A stretch of DNA of 64,000 bases from an uncultured Bacteriovoracaceae bacterium (lineage in GTDB: Bacteria; Bdellovibrionota; Bacteriovoracia; Bacteriovoracales; Bacteriovoracaceae), in contig CAXGUD010000004.1 of NCBI GenBank assembly GCA_964012805.1, forward strand, positions 86,900 to 150,899, given 5' to 3'. Of this stretch, positions 45,754 to 55,352 are shown one piece after another. Position numbers and translations under genes: made by a program. The notes below the pieces were generated by a model, which did no database searches, was not told the DNA's origin, and saw only the letters and a program-made list of their open reading frames with translations. Positions within the stretch are counted from its first letter, which is position 1; every line of letters begins with the position of its first letter.

Positions 45754-48534
45754 ATGAGTTCAAAAATAAAAATGTTAAACGTTTTGCAAGATGATGGACG
45801 GATGACAAGTTATCCTCCAGAGGAATTATGGGAAAAGTGGACGGAATATGAATCGAGGGCCTGGCCTAAGAAAGTTGAAAAAACCTATAAGCTTATTCCT
45901 ACCGTTTGCTTTAATTGTGAGAGCGCTTGTGGCCTCCTTGCCTATGTTGATACAAAAAACTATGAAATAAGAAAATTTGAAGGAAACCCTTTGCACCCAG
46001 GTTCCAGAGGACGAAACTGTGCCAAAGGACCTGCGACCCATAATCAGGTTTATGACCCTGAACGTATTCTTTACCCCTTAAAGAGGGTGGGTAAGAGGGG
46101 CGAAGGCAAGTGGAAGAGGATTTCCTGGGACCAGGCCTTGGATGAAATCGGGACCAAGATGAGAGAGAGCCGCCAAAAGAGGCGGGATGGAATCATGTAT
46201 CATGTTGGAAGGCCTGGTGAAGACCACTATGCCAACCGTTGCATTGTCGCTTGGGGAGTTGATGGGCATAACAGCCATACAAATGTTTGTTCTGCTAACG
46301 CTCGTCTGGGTTATTATTTATGGAGTGGATTTGACAGACCAAGTCCTGATCATGCTCACGCAAAAGTTATTCTTCTCATATCGGCACACTTAGAAAGTGG
46401 ACACTACTTCAACCCTCATGCTCAAAGAATCATGGAGGGAAAAATGAAAGGGGCCAAAATTATAACCTTGGACCCACGTTTAAGTAATACGGCCAGTAAA
46501 AGTGACCTTTGGTTATCAACTTGGCCTGGAAGTGAACCTGTTCTTCTTTTGGCCATTGCCAATTATCTTATTCAAAATGACCTTTATGATAAAACCTTTG
46601 TCGAAAAATGGGTTAATTGGCAAGACAGCTTAAGCTTCTTTTTAGATAAGGGTGATAAGCTTGCCGATACTGAGGACTTAAAGGGGCTCAGGAAAAGCTG
46701 GCAAGAGCAAAGGGAAGAGAAAGGAAAAGAAAAGTGGGCCTTTGAATTTTCTCACTTTGAAACCTTTTTAAAAATTCTTTATCAGGACTTTACTCTCGAA
46801 AGGGCCGCCAAGGAGGCCCAAATTCCTCTGGATTCGGTTGTTGAAGCTGCCAAAATTATTTCGGAATCGGAAGGACGGTTGGCCGCCCACACCTGGAGGT
46901 CAGCGAGTATTGGAAACTTAGGTGGTTGGCAAGTGGCCCGGTGCCTTTTCTTTTTAAATGTCCTCACGGGAAGTGTAGGAACAAAGGGTGGAACTTCAGG
47001 GAATTCCTGGAATAAATTCACTCCAAAACCTTTTAAGAGCCCACCTCAACTTGATTGTTGGAATGAGCTTCACCTTCCCCATGAATGGCCATTTGCCCAT
47101 TACGAAATGAGTTTCCTCCTCCCTCACTTTTTAGAAGAGGGGAGAGGAGATATTGATGTCTATTTCACAAGAGTCTACAACCCTCTTTGGACAAACCCTG
47201 ATGGGTTTAGCTGGATGAGGGTTTTAAAAGACGAAGAAAAAATGAAGTGCACTGTCGCTATGACACCCACTTGGAATGAATCGGCTTGGTTTTCTGACTA
47301 TGTCCTCCCTATGGGGCATGGTGGAGAGAGGCACGACCTTATGAGTCAGGAAACCCATTCAAGTCAGTGGATCTCTTTCAGGCAGCCTGTTCAAAGAGTC
47401 GCAAGAGAAAAAGATGGTGAAAAAATAAAGTTTACCTATGAAGCAAATCCCGGTGAAGTATGGGAAGAAAATGAGTTTTGGGTTGAAGTCTCAGGTCGCA
47501 TGGATCCAGATGGATCTATGGGGATAAGGGAGCACTTTGAAAGTCTTGAAAGACCTGGTGAGCTTGTGAGTCAGGATGAGTATTGGGGCTGGATCTTTAA
47601 TCATTCGGTTCCAGGTCTCCCTGAAGTGGCCAAAGAAAAAGGAATGACTCCTCTTGAATACATGAAAAAAATTGGTGCTTTTGAGATTAAAAAAGATAAT
47701 TACAAGCCCTATGAAAAGGATGGTTTTAAAACTCCCAGTAAAAAACTGGAGTTTTTTAGCCAGACTGTGAATGATTGGGGTTGGCCTGAAAAGGAATACA
47801 TTATTCCATGGAATTTAAAAAGCCATGTCCACCCCGACCATATTAAAAGGGAAAAAGGTGAGATGCTTCTTCTTCCAAACTTTAGGTTGCCGACTTTGAT
47901 CCACTCCCGAAGTGCAAATGCCAAGTGGCTTTATGAGATAAGCCACCGAAACCCAGTTTGGATCCATCCTGAGGACGCAAATAGGTTAGGCATTCAATCG
48001 GGGGACCTTTTAAAAGTTGAAACAGAAATTGGTCACTTTGTCGACAAGGCCTGGGTGACTGAGGGAATTAAGCCAGGTGTTGTGGCCTGTTCCCACCACT
48101 TAGGGCGTTGGCGTTTAAGTGAATCGGAAAATATTGGAAAGGGGATGGCCAATCTTGTCGAACTTAAAGAAGATGAGAAAGGCCACCACAGGTTAAAAGT
48201 AAAAGAGCAAGGAGGCCCTTGGAAAAGTAGTGACCCGGATACTGAGAGGATTTGGTGGAAAGAAGTGGGAGTCCATCAAAATTTAACCCATGGTGTTCAC
48301 CCGGATCCCCATAGCGGTGCCCATTGTTGGCTTCAGCGCGCTGTCTCTGTTGAGAAGGCGGGTCCCAATGACCACTACGGAGACGTTTTTGTCGACTCCG
48401 AAAAATCAAAGCAAGTCTATAAGGAATGGTGTAATTTAACTAGAAGTGCAAAAGATCATTCTCCTGATGGAACGAGGAGACCTCTATGGTTTAAGAGACC
48501 TCTCAAGCCAAAAGAATCGGCTTACTCTCTATAG
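45754..48534 (+). CDS. Molybdopterin (bis-MGD) oxidoreductase catalytic subunit, Psr/Phs/Arr-like, no Tat leader
   Basis: CFNCESAC...NCAKG FS0 motif, RILYPLKR, HNSHTNVCS, DPRLS, C-terminal HSRS...VWIHPEDA. Confidence 0.92.
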   Translation: MSSKIKMLNVLQDDGRMTSYPPEELWEKWTEYESRAWPKKVEKTYKLIPTVCFNCESACGLLAYVDTKNYEIRKFEGNPLHPGSRGRNCAKGPATHNQVYDPERILYPLKRVGKRGEGKWKRISWDQALDEIGTKMRESRQKRRDGIMYHVGRPGEDHYANRCIVAWGVDGHNSHTNVCSANARLGYYLWSGFDRPSPDHAHAKVILLISAHLESGHYFNPHAQRIMEGKMKGAKIITLDPRLSNTASKSDLWLSTWPGSEPVLLLAIANYLIQNDLYDKTFVEKWVNWQDSLSFFLDKGDKLADTEDLKGLRKSWQEQREEKGKEKWAFEFSHFETFLKILYQDFTLERAAKEAQIPLDSVVEAAKIISESEGRLAAHTWRSASIGNLGGWQVARCLFFLNVLTGSVGTKGGTSGNSWNKFTPKPFKSPPQLDCWNELHLPHEWPFAHYEMSFLLPHFLEEGRGDIDVYFTRVYNPLWTNPDGFSWMRVLKDEEKMKCTVAMTPTWNESAWFSDYVLPMGHGGERHDLMSQETHSSQWISFRQPVQRVAREKDGEKIKFTYEANPGEVWEENEFWVEVSGRMDPDGSMGIREHFESLERPGELVSQDEYWGWIFNHSVPGLPEVAKEKGMTPLEYMKKIGAFEIKKDNYKPYEKDGFKTPSKKLEFFSQTVNDWGWPEKEYIIPWNLKSHVHPDHIKREKGEMLLLPNFRLPTLIHSRSANAKWLYEISHRNPVWIHPEDANRLGIQSGDLLKVETEIGHFVDKAWVTEGIKPGVVACSHHLGRWRLSESENIGKGMANLVELKEDEKGHHRLKVKEQGGPWKSSDPDTERIWWKEVGVHQNLTHGVHPDPHSGAHCWLQRAVSVEKAGPNDHYGDVFVDSEKSKQVYKEWCNLTRSAKDHSPDGTRRPLWFKRPLKPKESAYSL

Positions 48535-48568
48535 GAAAGAGAACGAGTAAGTCTTTGGGAAAAATTGA

Positions 48569-49546
48569 ATGGAAAAGAGAGATTTAGAAACTGTTCAGTA
48601 CTATGAAACAGTTGGGCAAGTTTTTTTAGGGCTTCCGGGGAGCTCACCCTTAAAGCTTTTAAAAGAGTTGAATCAATCAAATGGTGGGATAACTGAAGAA
48701 GATTTTTTTTGCTCTCACTATGAAACTTTTGGGAGGCAATGGCCTCCTTACCATAGCGTCTTTTGGAGCCTCGATGAGGAAAAAGATTATTTCCGTTCCC
48801 ATCTTTTTTCCTTTTTTGAAGATGAAGACGATTTTAAAAAGAGGCCGGAATTTAAAAAAGAATCACCTGATCATATTGGCCTTCATTTCCTCTTCCTTTC
48901 TCACCTTTTAAGGAGAGAGCTTGAAGCCCCTTCCAACAAAACCCTAAGGAAGCGTCAGCATTTTTTTGATTCTTACCTTTTCCCTTTTTGTAAGTTCTTT
49001 CTTCTAACCTTGGAAAAGGAGTCCGCTTGCCTCTTTGGAGTTTTGGCAAAGGATCTTTTTAAAAAAATGATGGATGATTTTAAAGGACCTTCTAGTAATT
49101 ATTCACCTCCTGAATCTGTCTATCAGGAAGCTCCATACACAGGGACAGTGGTGCCAGCACCTTCTCTTTTTAGTAAAGATCTAGGCCTTAAAGACATGAC
49201 GGCTTACCTATTAAATCCAAGTAAAGTAGGTTTTTTCCTTGGGCAAAAAGGTCTTAGAGATTGTGCAAGGTCATGTGAAGTACCCATTGGCTTTGGGAAG
49301 CGTGGAGAAACTCTTTTGCAACTTTTTTATACATCTTTGGATTTTGAAAAGTTAGGGGCTTTGCTAGAGGCCTTAAAAAGAGAGGTTCAAACGTGGATTC
49401 TTTTTTATAAAAAGAAAAAAGAGGAGCTCCAAGCTTTTTCTTCTTACTGGGATATTTTAATTGGAAGGTCAAAGAGGGCCTTGAACTTTATTAATGAAGT
49501 GAAACTTGTTTCAGAAACAAAAGGTCATGACCCGATAAGCTTTTAG
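48569..49546 (+). CDS. TorD/DmsD-family maturation chaperone with C-terminal extension
   Basis: PPYHSVF and ESPDHIGLHFLFL motifs; position after the Mo enzyme. Confidence 0.8.
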   Translation: MEKRDLETVQYYETVGQVFLGLPGSSPLKLLKELNQSNGGITEEDFFCSHYETFGRQWPPYHSVFWSLDEEKDYFRSHLFSFFEDEDDFKKRPEFKKESPDHIGLHFLFLSHLLRRELEAPSNKTLRKRQHFFDSYLFPFCKFFLLTLEKESACLFGVLAKDLFKKMMDDFKGPSSNYSPPESVYQEAPYTGTVVPAPSLFSKDLGLKDMTAYLLNPSKVGFFLGQKGLRDCARSCEVPIGFGKRGETLLQLFYTSLDFEKLGALLEALKREVQTWILFYKKKKEELQAFSSYWDILIGRSKRALNFINEVKLVSETKGHDPISF

Positions 49547-49548
49547 TT

Positions 49549-50001
49549 CTAAGCATTTTGATTTTTTGGAAAACAAAACTTTTGAATCCCTTTCATTAAC
49601 CTTTGGCAGGATGGGTTGTCTGGATGGTTTGCTTTTTTACATTTTTCAACACCCCAGTGAATTGTATCTAAAAGCTTCTGACGATCTTCTTTAGGAACGC
49701 CTTTGCAAAAGCCTTCTTCTCTCTTTCCGTGATCCAAACAGCTTCCTAAAAAATAATGGGTGCCTATCTGACAAGTTAGGTCTTCGCCACAGGCCATATT
49801 CTTTTTTAAAGAGTGGGTGACGCACTCAGAAACGCTGTGCTTTCCACCCCACTCTTGGCCTTCCTTTTTCATTTTATTTGCGAGTTCATCCATTTTTTCT
49901 GCATTTTGAGTCAGCCAAAAGTAACCAAATCCAAGTGCGGCAAGAACGGCCATCGAAATAACGGAAAAAACGATAATGAGGACTTTCGTATCTTTTTTCA
50001 T
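49549..50001 (-). CDS. Hypothetical membrane-anchored Cys-rich protein
   Basis: N-terminal TM helix; 8 Cys in soluble part. Confidence 0.65.
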   Translation of the reverse strand: MKKDTKVLIIVFSVISMAVLAALGFGYFWLTQNAEKMDELANKMKKEGQEWGGKHSVSECVTHSLKKNMACGEDLTCQIGTHYFLGSCLDHGKREEGFCKGVPKEDRQKLLDTIHWGVEKCKKANHPDNPSCQRLMKGIQKFCFPKNQNA

Positions 50002-50126
50002 GAGAAACCTTTTGGCCTGTAAGAGGTTTTTTAAAATTAACGATTCTCTGTTAGCTAAAAAAATGATTTATTGGAATCTAAAATATACGATTCATGAACT
50101 TTAAGTCAAAGCTAGTGGGATAGAAA

Positions 50127-50849
50127 ATGAAAGAGGAAGGCAAAGTTTTATTAGCAAAGAAAGTTTTAAGGAACCGCGATGTGGGAGTTCTTTCAACGCT
50201 TCACGGTGTAGAAGGGGAGCTTTTTCCATATGGATCAATATGCCCCTTCATATCAACCAGTGAAAGTAAGTTGGTCATTCTTATAAGTAGTATTGCACTC
50301 CATACCAAAAATATTCTTGAAAATGAGAGAGTAGGGTTTACGGTTTTTGATATGGAGGCAAAAAATAAGCAGGCGGCCAGTCGAGTTTCCTTAATGGGAA
50401 AGGCATGGAAAGTTGACCCAAAAAAGAGGAGTGATTACAAAGAAATAAAAGAGCGCTACCTTACTTTTTTTCCTGAAGCAAAGCGCTACTTTGAAGCCCA
50501 CGATTTCAACTTTTACGAAATAACTCCGGACAAAGTTCATTTTATCGAAACCTTTGGAAAAATTTTTACTTTTACGGGCAGTGGTTTTATAAATGAAGCG
50601 GCTTTTTCTGAAATGGAAGAAAAAGAAGCAGTCTCACACATGAATCAAGATCATAAAAGTTTTCTCGTAAAGCTAGTGTCAATTTTAGAACTCCGAAATG
50701 GAATAAAGCATGAAGATGAGGTCAGAGTTCTTAGAATTAACAGAGAAGGTTTTTTTCTTTGGCTTAGAGGTCAAATTAATTATGTTTCATTTAAGAATTC
50801 TGTAAACTCTTTCGGAGAGTTGAGAACAGCTTTTAAAGACCTCATTTAG
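50127..50849 (+). CDS. HugZ/HutZ-like PNPOx-fold (heme utilisation family) protein
   Basis: PYGS, ISSIALHTKN, RVSLMG, HDFNFY, HMNQDH. Confidence 0.85.
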   Translation: MKEEGKVLLAKKVLRNRDVGVLSTLHGVEGELFPYGSICPFISTSESKLVILISSIALHTKNILENERVGFTVFDMEAKNKQAASRVSLMGKAWKVDPKKRSDYKEIKERYLTFFPEAKRYFEAHDFNFYEITPDKVHFIETFGKIFTFTGSGFINEAAFSEMEEKEAVSHMNQDHKSFLVKLVSILELRNGIKHEDEVRVLRINREGFFLWLRGQINYVSFKNSVNSFGELRTAFKDLI

Positions 50850-50883
50850 ATCTTTCTTTAAATCTTTCATTATTTATTGTTTT

Positions 50884-51873
50884 TTAACCTTTCTTTTCAC
50901 GTTCGTTTTTTGAAAGTTTGCCTTTAACCACAGAACTTAGAGAATAAAGAAGAATGATGAGTGCCGGGAGAAGAATAATGGCCTTTGAAACTTCAGGAAG
51001 GTTGATTTGCTTAAAGAGGGCAGAAAAGGCAGCACAAAGGGTTAAAAAGGCAAACAAAAAGCGGAGGGACCTTTCCTTTATATATTGAGTTGAAGAAACG
51101 CCAATAAGAGATCCAAAAAAAGATCCAATGACAAGGATAAGGGCAATTGACCAATTAACTTTACCTGAGAGCGAGAAAAAGAAGCTTCCCGAAGCTCCTG
51201 AAAAAAAGACACAGACAAGGCTTGTCGCGACTGCACTAAGAGTTGGAAGACCAAGGAGAGAGGCCATAGCGGGCACGAGGAGAAAGCCCCCGCCCACACC
51301 CATAATTCCAGAAAGGAAGCCAGCAACAACTCCTAGAAAAATGGGAAGTAAGATGTGGACTTCAGTTTTCGTATGGGAAAGAGAGATCTTTGGCCCTCTT
51401 CTAAATATGTCAAAGAAGAAGGTAAAGGGTGATTTTTTATTTGTGCCTTCTTTTGGATAAATCAGTTCTTTGAACATTTTAAGCGAGATAAAAGAAAGGA
51501 GAAAAATATAAAGGCAACGGGTGAGAAGGCCTGCATGCCCTGTTTTTTCGAGTTCTACAAGTAATAACTTTCCTAAACCCACAGAGAGGATCATTGAAAG
51601 ACCAATCAGCACGCCTAGTTTTAAGTCTACATTGCCATGTTTTTTATGGCGGAGGAGCGCCAAGAAACTCGTACCTGCCATTTGTGTGAGGCCTGTTGCA
51701 ACGGAGTTTGTCATGGGAAGTCCAAAAGCATTGAGGCTAGGTGTAATAAGCCAGCCACCCCCTATGCCCAGGAGACCACTTAACAGACCTACTGCAAATC
51801 CTAGGAATAGAAAGATTGGAAGAGAGGGTAAGGTTCCCCCTAGTATAACAATTTCTTGGGGAAAATTGAGCAT
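50884..51873 (-). CDS. TauE/SafE family sulfite exporter
   Basis: Duplicated SGLLGIGGG..ITP / SGIMGVGGG..LVP and AVATS/AVATG motifs. Confidence 0.9.
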   Translation of the reverse strand: MLNFPQEIVILGGTLPSLPIFLFLGFAVGLLSGLLGIGGGWLITPSLNAFGLPMTNSVATGLTQMAGTSFLALLRHKKHGNVDLKLGVLIGLSMILSVGLGKLLLVELEKTGHAGLLTRCLYIFLLSFISLKMFKELIYPKEGTNKKSPFTFFFDIFRRGPKISLSHTKTEVHILLPIFLGVVAGFLSGIMGVGGGFLLVPAMASLLGLPTLSAVATSLVCVFFSGASGSFFFSLSGKVNWSIALILVIGSFFGSLIGVSSTQYIKERSLRFLFAFLTLCAAFSALFKQINLPEVSKAIILLPALIILLYSLSSVVKGKLSKNEREKKG

Positions 51874-52128
51874 TGAGGAGGCCTTCTTTTTTTATGTTTC
51901 TCTTTAATTGGCATATTTTAATGGCTTCTTTTTTCTTTGTCCTCTTTTAAGATCCTAATTCATAACAAAAGGAGGTGTCTTTGAGTTGAGCTTGATAAAT
52001 AAAATGAAGTAAGTAGTTAAAATTATTATGCTTTTTTTCTAGATAATATTTATTTAATTTGTCCATGATTTATAGAACCCCGGAAAAATCCTAAAATTTT
52101 TTAGCATGTTACAATTCTGATATTACGA

Positions 52129-52509
52129 TTGAGGAGTAAAAAGCTCGTGAATAGATTAAAGTCTGTACGTGAGGGTAGAGGTCTTACGAGGGAGGAACTT
52201 GCCCTATCCATTGATGTTGAACCATCAACTATAGAGAAGTGGGAAGATGGAAGTGTCGATTTGGACATATCTTCGCTTACTGCAATTGTTAGGGTTCTCG
52301 ATTGCCGAGTATCTGAAATCCTGCCTGAAGTCTCTTATGTAGCAAAGGTTGATTTAAGCTCTTGCCAGTTTGGTTCTCCAAAACTCGAAAAAGGTGATAT
52401 AAGAAATCTTAGGTCTTCTCTTGAATTTAGAACCGAGTTTAACTTTAAAAAGTACACCTTGTTGATGGGGCTCCTTCAGCGCTATCAAGGTAAGGCAAAA
52501 AAGCAATAG
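52129..52509 (+). CDS. XRE/Cro-family HTH transcriptional regulator
   Basis: LKSVREGRGLTREELA...STIEKWEDG. Confidence 0.8.
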   Translation: MRSKKLVNRLKSVREGRGLTREELALSIDVEPSTIEKWEDGSVDLDISSLTAIVRVLDCRVSEILPEVSYVAKVDLSSCQFGSPKLEKGDIRNLRSSLEFRTEFNFKKYTLLMGLLQRYQGKAKKQ

Positions 52510-52813
52510 TGCTTTTAAATTTCTAGGTTTCTGTAAAGAACCAACTAAGAATGAAATTTTTTTAAGGCCATGTCTTCTTGACTTTTTTGGTTTTCATAGT
52601 TCGTAGGTATTATCCCCTTTATTTATCTTTTTTTGCTATTTCCCAACAGAATTTTTTGCAAATACCACATTTTGCCAATACTATTCTCAGCTGATGCTGT
52701 TTATAATGTAATAGGCAAGGATTTTTCTCTCTCGCTCTTTCCGCCAATTTGCCTAAAATAAACATTACTGTTACCTGGTTTTTAAAGAAAATTGAAATAA
52801 AGGAGGCCGGGAC

Positions 52814-55306
52814 GTGGGTCTTTTTCATGTAAGAGTTCTTAGTTTCGGGCTTGTCTTTCTTTTTACGATGCTTTCTGTGTCTTACAAGCTTTACCATCTC
52901 AATAATTTCAAAATACTTATGAGTTTTGTGGGGGTTGCTTGTCTTTTTATTCTATTTGATTTGGGTCCCTTCATTTTTAAAGGTTGGAAAAAAAATGACT
53001 CGAAATTAAATGGAAAGGATTCAGGAGCCACAGTCTTTCAAGTCATTTTTTATTCGTTGATGCCTCTCATGGCATGCCTCCCGGGGCTGTTTACTTTTGG
53101 AGATTTTATCCCCTTTTTTACTTCCATAGAGGTTTTTTCCATTATTATTCCGGTTATTTGGATGGCCTACCTTTACCGTGAATTGACCACCATAAATCTG
53201 TGGGAAAAGTTTATCTTTTGGATTTGTTTAACAACTTTATTGGCCAGTATATGGGGAGTATTGGAGTTTTTTGGTCTTCACCCCGACAATTTATATCCTT
53301 TTCTAGGTGGAGATAACCGCGCGAAATCAACTTTTGGGAATATAAATTATTTTGCAGGATACTTGGTGGTTGTCTTGCCTTTTTTGACACAAATTTTTAT
53401 CGCGCAATTTTTCAAACTTAAAGACCTTAAAAATGAGAGGATAATATCTCAAACATTCTTGGGAGTTGTTGTCTTTTTCGGATTAGTGGCGCTTCATTGT
53501 ACTAAGACGAGGGGGGCCCTTATAGGATTTTATGGATCTTTTATTCTTTGTGGCTTTTATTGGTTGTTTTTTGAAGGGTATAAAAATAGGATTAAAATAA
53601 AGTGGAGCTCTCTTTCTACGATACCCGCTTTTTTAGGCTTGGGCGGCGTTTTATCATTTATTTTTTTAAAAATAGCGAGAGTAGGGTCATTAGATAGCTC
53701 TATTATGTCGCGTCTTTTTTCTTGGGAATCAGCAATCAGGTCTATAATTGATGCTCCCATTTTAGGTTATGGTCCCGGAACTTCCTATCAATTATTTTTT
53801 GATTTTAGAAACCCTAATTTTAGGCTTTTTACCAAGGAAAGTAGTTTTCGGCATGCTCATTCAGAGTTTCTAGAATTGCTTCAGGAAGGTGGGCTCCTCG
53901 CTTTTTCTTTGCATCTTCTTTTTTGGGGTATTATTTTTCATATTTTGTATAGTGTATGGAAAAAGCCTTCTGAAAGCCTTTCTAAAAAATGTTCTAATGG
54001 GGAAAATTTAAAAATCCGCTACTTGGCCTTTGCCCTTGGAGCAAGTTTTATTGCATACTTTGCTCATGCATCTCTTTCTGTTGCGCCAAGAATGATGGTC
54101 GTTAAACTTCCCCTCTTTACTTGGATTGGAATGACATTTTTTCTTTCTCAGTTTAGCTCTTTCAAGGGACTTCCACTAAAAGTTCCCGGTTGGTGGGGGC
54201 AGGCGGTTTTATGCCTCTCTTCTTCTAAAAAGCAGCTTTTTGGATTTTTCCTTCTCGTTGGTTTTAGTTTTTGGGGTCTTAATCAATTTATCCCGGCACA
54301 ATATACTCATTATCAACTCTTATCTAGCCCAATGAACCAACAAACCATACAAAAATTTGAAAAGACTGTAAGCAGTGAGAGTTCACCCTATTTTCTTGGT
54401 CATCTTGTTTCGAGGCAATTCCGCCTTGGTAGGATGAAGGAACTTGAAGCTTCTCTTGGTCAAATTGAATCGATGTTTTCGAATTGGCGTGATCAAAAGT
54501 ATAGAATGGCCGTCTTTAATTATAAAAAAGGAAAAGTGAAGGAAGCAACTTCCCTTGCCTTAGGGTTTCAGAAAATGAGTGACTCTTATTATGAACCCAA
54601 TATTATGTTTCTTATGGATATGGCCAAGGTAACAAATAATTACGACCTCTTTAAGGAAGAGCTTAAGTATTGGATTCGGTCTCAGGTTTTTTCCCACAAG
54701 CTTTACTTGGAGAGAAAAGAGGAGAATATTATTTTTAAAGATCAAAAGAAAAAAGCTTTTATCAGCTTGGAAGAAAAGGATGGTAAAGTTTATTGTTTTT
54801 TAAATGATGAGGTTTTAAAGCATTTGTTTAGGTCTTCGATAGATTTAAGAAAGAAGCGGGGGACAAAGGACCATCTGAGAGAGTTGAATAAATTTAAAAT
54901 AAGAGTCACGACCTTACTTGATAGATCTCAATATTTTGGCATTGAAATTCAAAAAAATAATAAAATCCAACCTCAGGAAATAAAGTCAAGCGTCGTTAAT
55001 TACTTTAAAATAGAGCAACAGAAAAAAAGAATGATCAAATCAAAACGCAATTTTTTTCGAAGAGAAAAGATAAGGGTTTCCAAAGATCTTTATGCTAAGG
55101 GTTCTCACCCATATTATGTAAAAATGAAGCTCAACCTTTTGAAAAGAAAGGAGGAAAAAGAGATCAAAAAACTAAGCTTTGAACTGAATAAAAAAGCTCA
55201 GTCTTTGGTCTCAAACCTTCAAAAAGTGACCGATTGGGACAAGGTTCTTAGAAAAATTGAACTCAAGAAAAAAATATTGCAGGTTTTTTACCGTTTGCCC
55301 CTATAG
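52814..55306 (+). CDS. O-antigen ligase / O-oligosaccharyltransferase (Wzy_C) family protein with long soluble C-terminus
   Basis: STFGNINYFAGY, TKTRGA, PILGYGPG, HAHSEFLE...EGG; AGGAGG before GTG. Confidence 0.88.
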   Translation: MGLFHVRVLSFGLVFLFTMLSVSYKLYHLNNFKILMSFVGVACLFILFDLGPFIFKGWKKNDSKLNGKDSGATVFQVIFYSLMPLMACLPGLFTFGDFIPFFTSIEVFSIIIPVIWMAYLYRELTTINLWEKFIFWICLTTLLASIWGVLEFFGLHPDNLYPFLGGDNRAKSTFGNINYFAGYLVVVLPFLTQIFIAQFFKLKDLKNERIISQTFLGVVVFFGLVALHCTKTRGALIGFYGSFILCGFYWLFFEGYKNRIKIKWSSLSTIPAFLGLGGVLSFIFLKIARVGSLDSSIMSRLFSWESAIRSIIDAPILGYGPGTSYQLFFDFRNPNFRLFTKESSFRHAHSEFLELLQEGGLLAFSLHLLFWGIIFHILYSVWKKPSESLSKKCSNGENLKIRYLAFALGASFIAYFAHASLSVAPRMMVVKLPLFTWIGMTFFLSQFSSFKGLPLKVPGWWGQAVLCLSSSKKQLFGFFLLVGFSFWGLNQFIPAQYTHYQLLSSPMNQQTIQKFEKTVSSESSPYFLGHLVSRQFRLGRMKELEASLGQIESMFSNWRDQKYRMAVFNYKKGKVKEATSLALGFQKMSDSYYEPNIMFLMDMAKVTNNYDLFKEELKYWIRSQVFSHKLYLERKEENIIFKDQKKKAFISLEEKDGKVYCFLNDEVLKHLFRSSIDLRKKRGTKDHLRELNKFKIRVTTLLDRSQYFGIEIQKNNKIQPQEIKSSVVNYFKIEQQKKRMIKSKRNFFRREKIRVSKDLYAKGSHPYYVKMKLNLLKRKEEKEIKKLSFELNKKAQSLVSNLQKVTDWDKVLRKIELKKKILQVFYRLPL

Positions 55307-55352
55307 TTTCCTCTAAAAGGCTTAAGAGAAGCGAGTTCCCATCGATAAGGTA

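Noticed and set aside
43386..49546. Higher GC of the sulfur operon as proof of horizontal transfer
   Set aside because: By eye, other enzyme genes such as the amidase look similarly GC-rich, and no mobility signatures flank it; needs computation
51909..51925. TGGCAT...GGC as a sigma54 promoter
   Set aside because: Spacing is not GG-N10-GC
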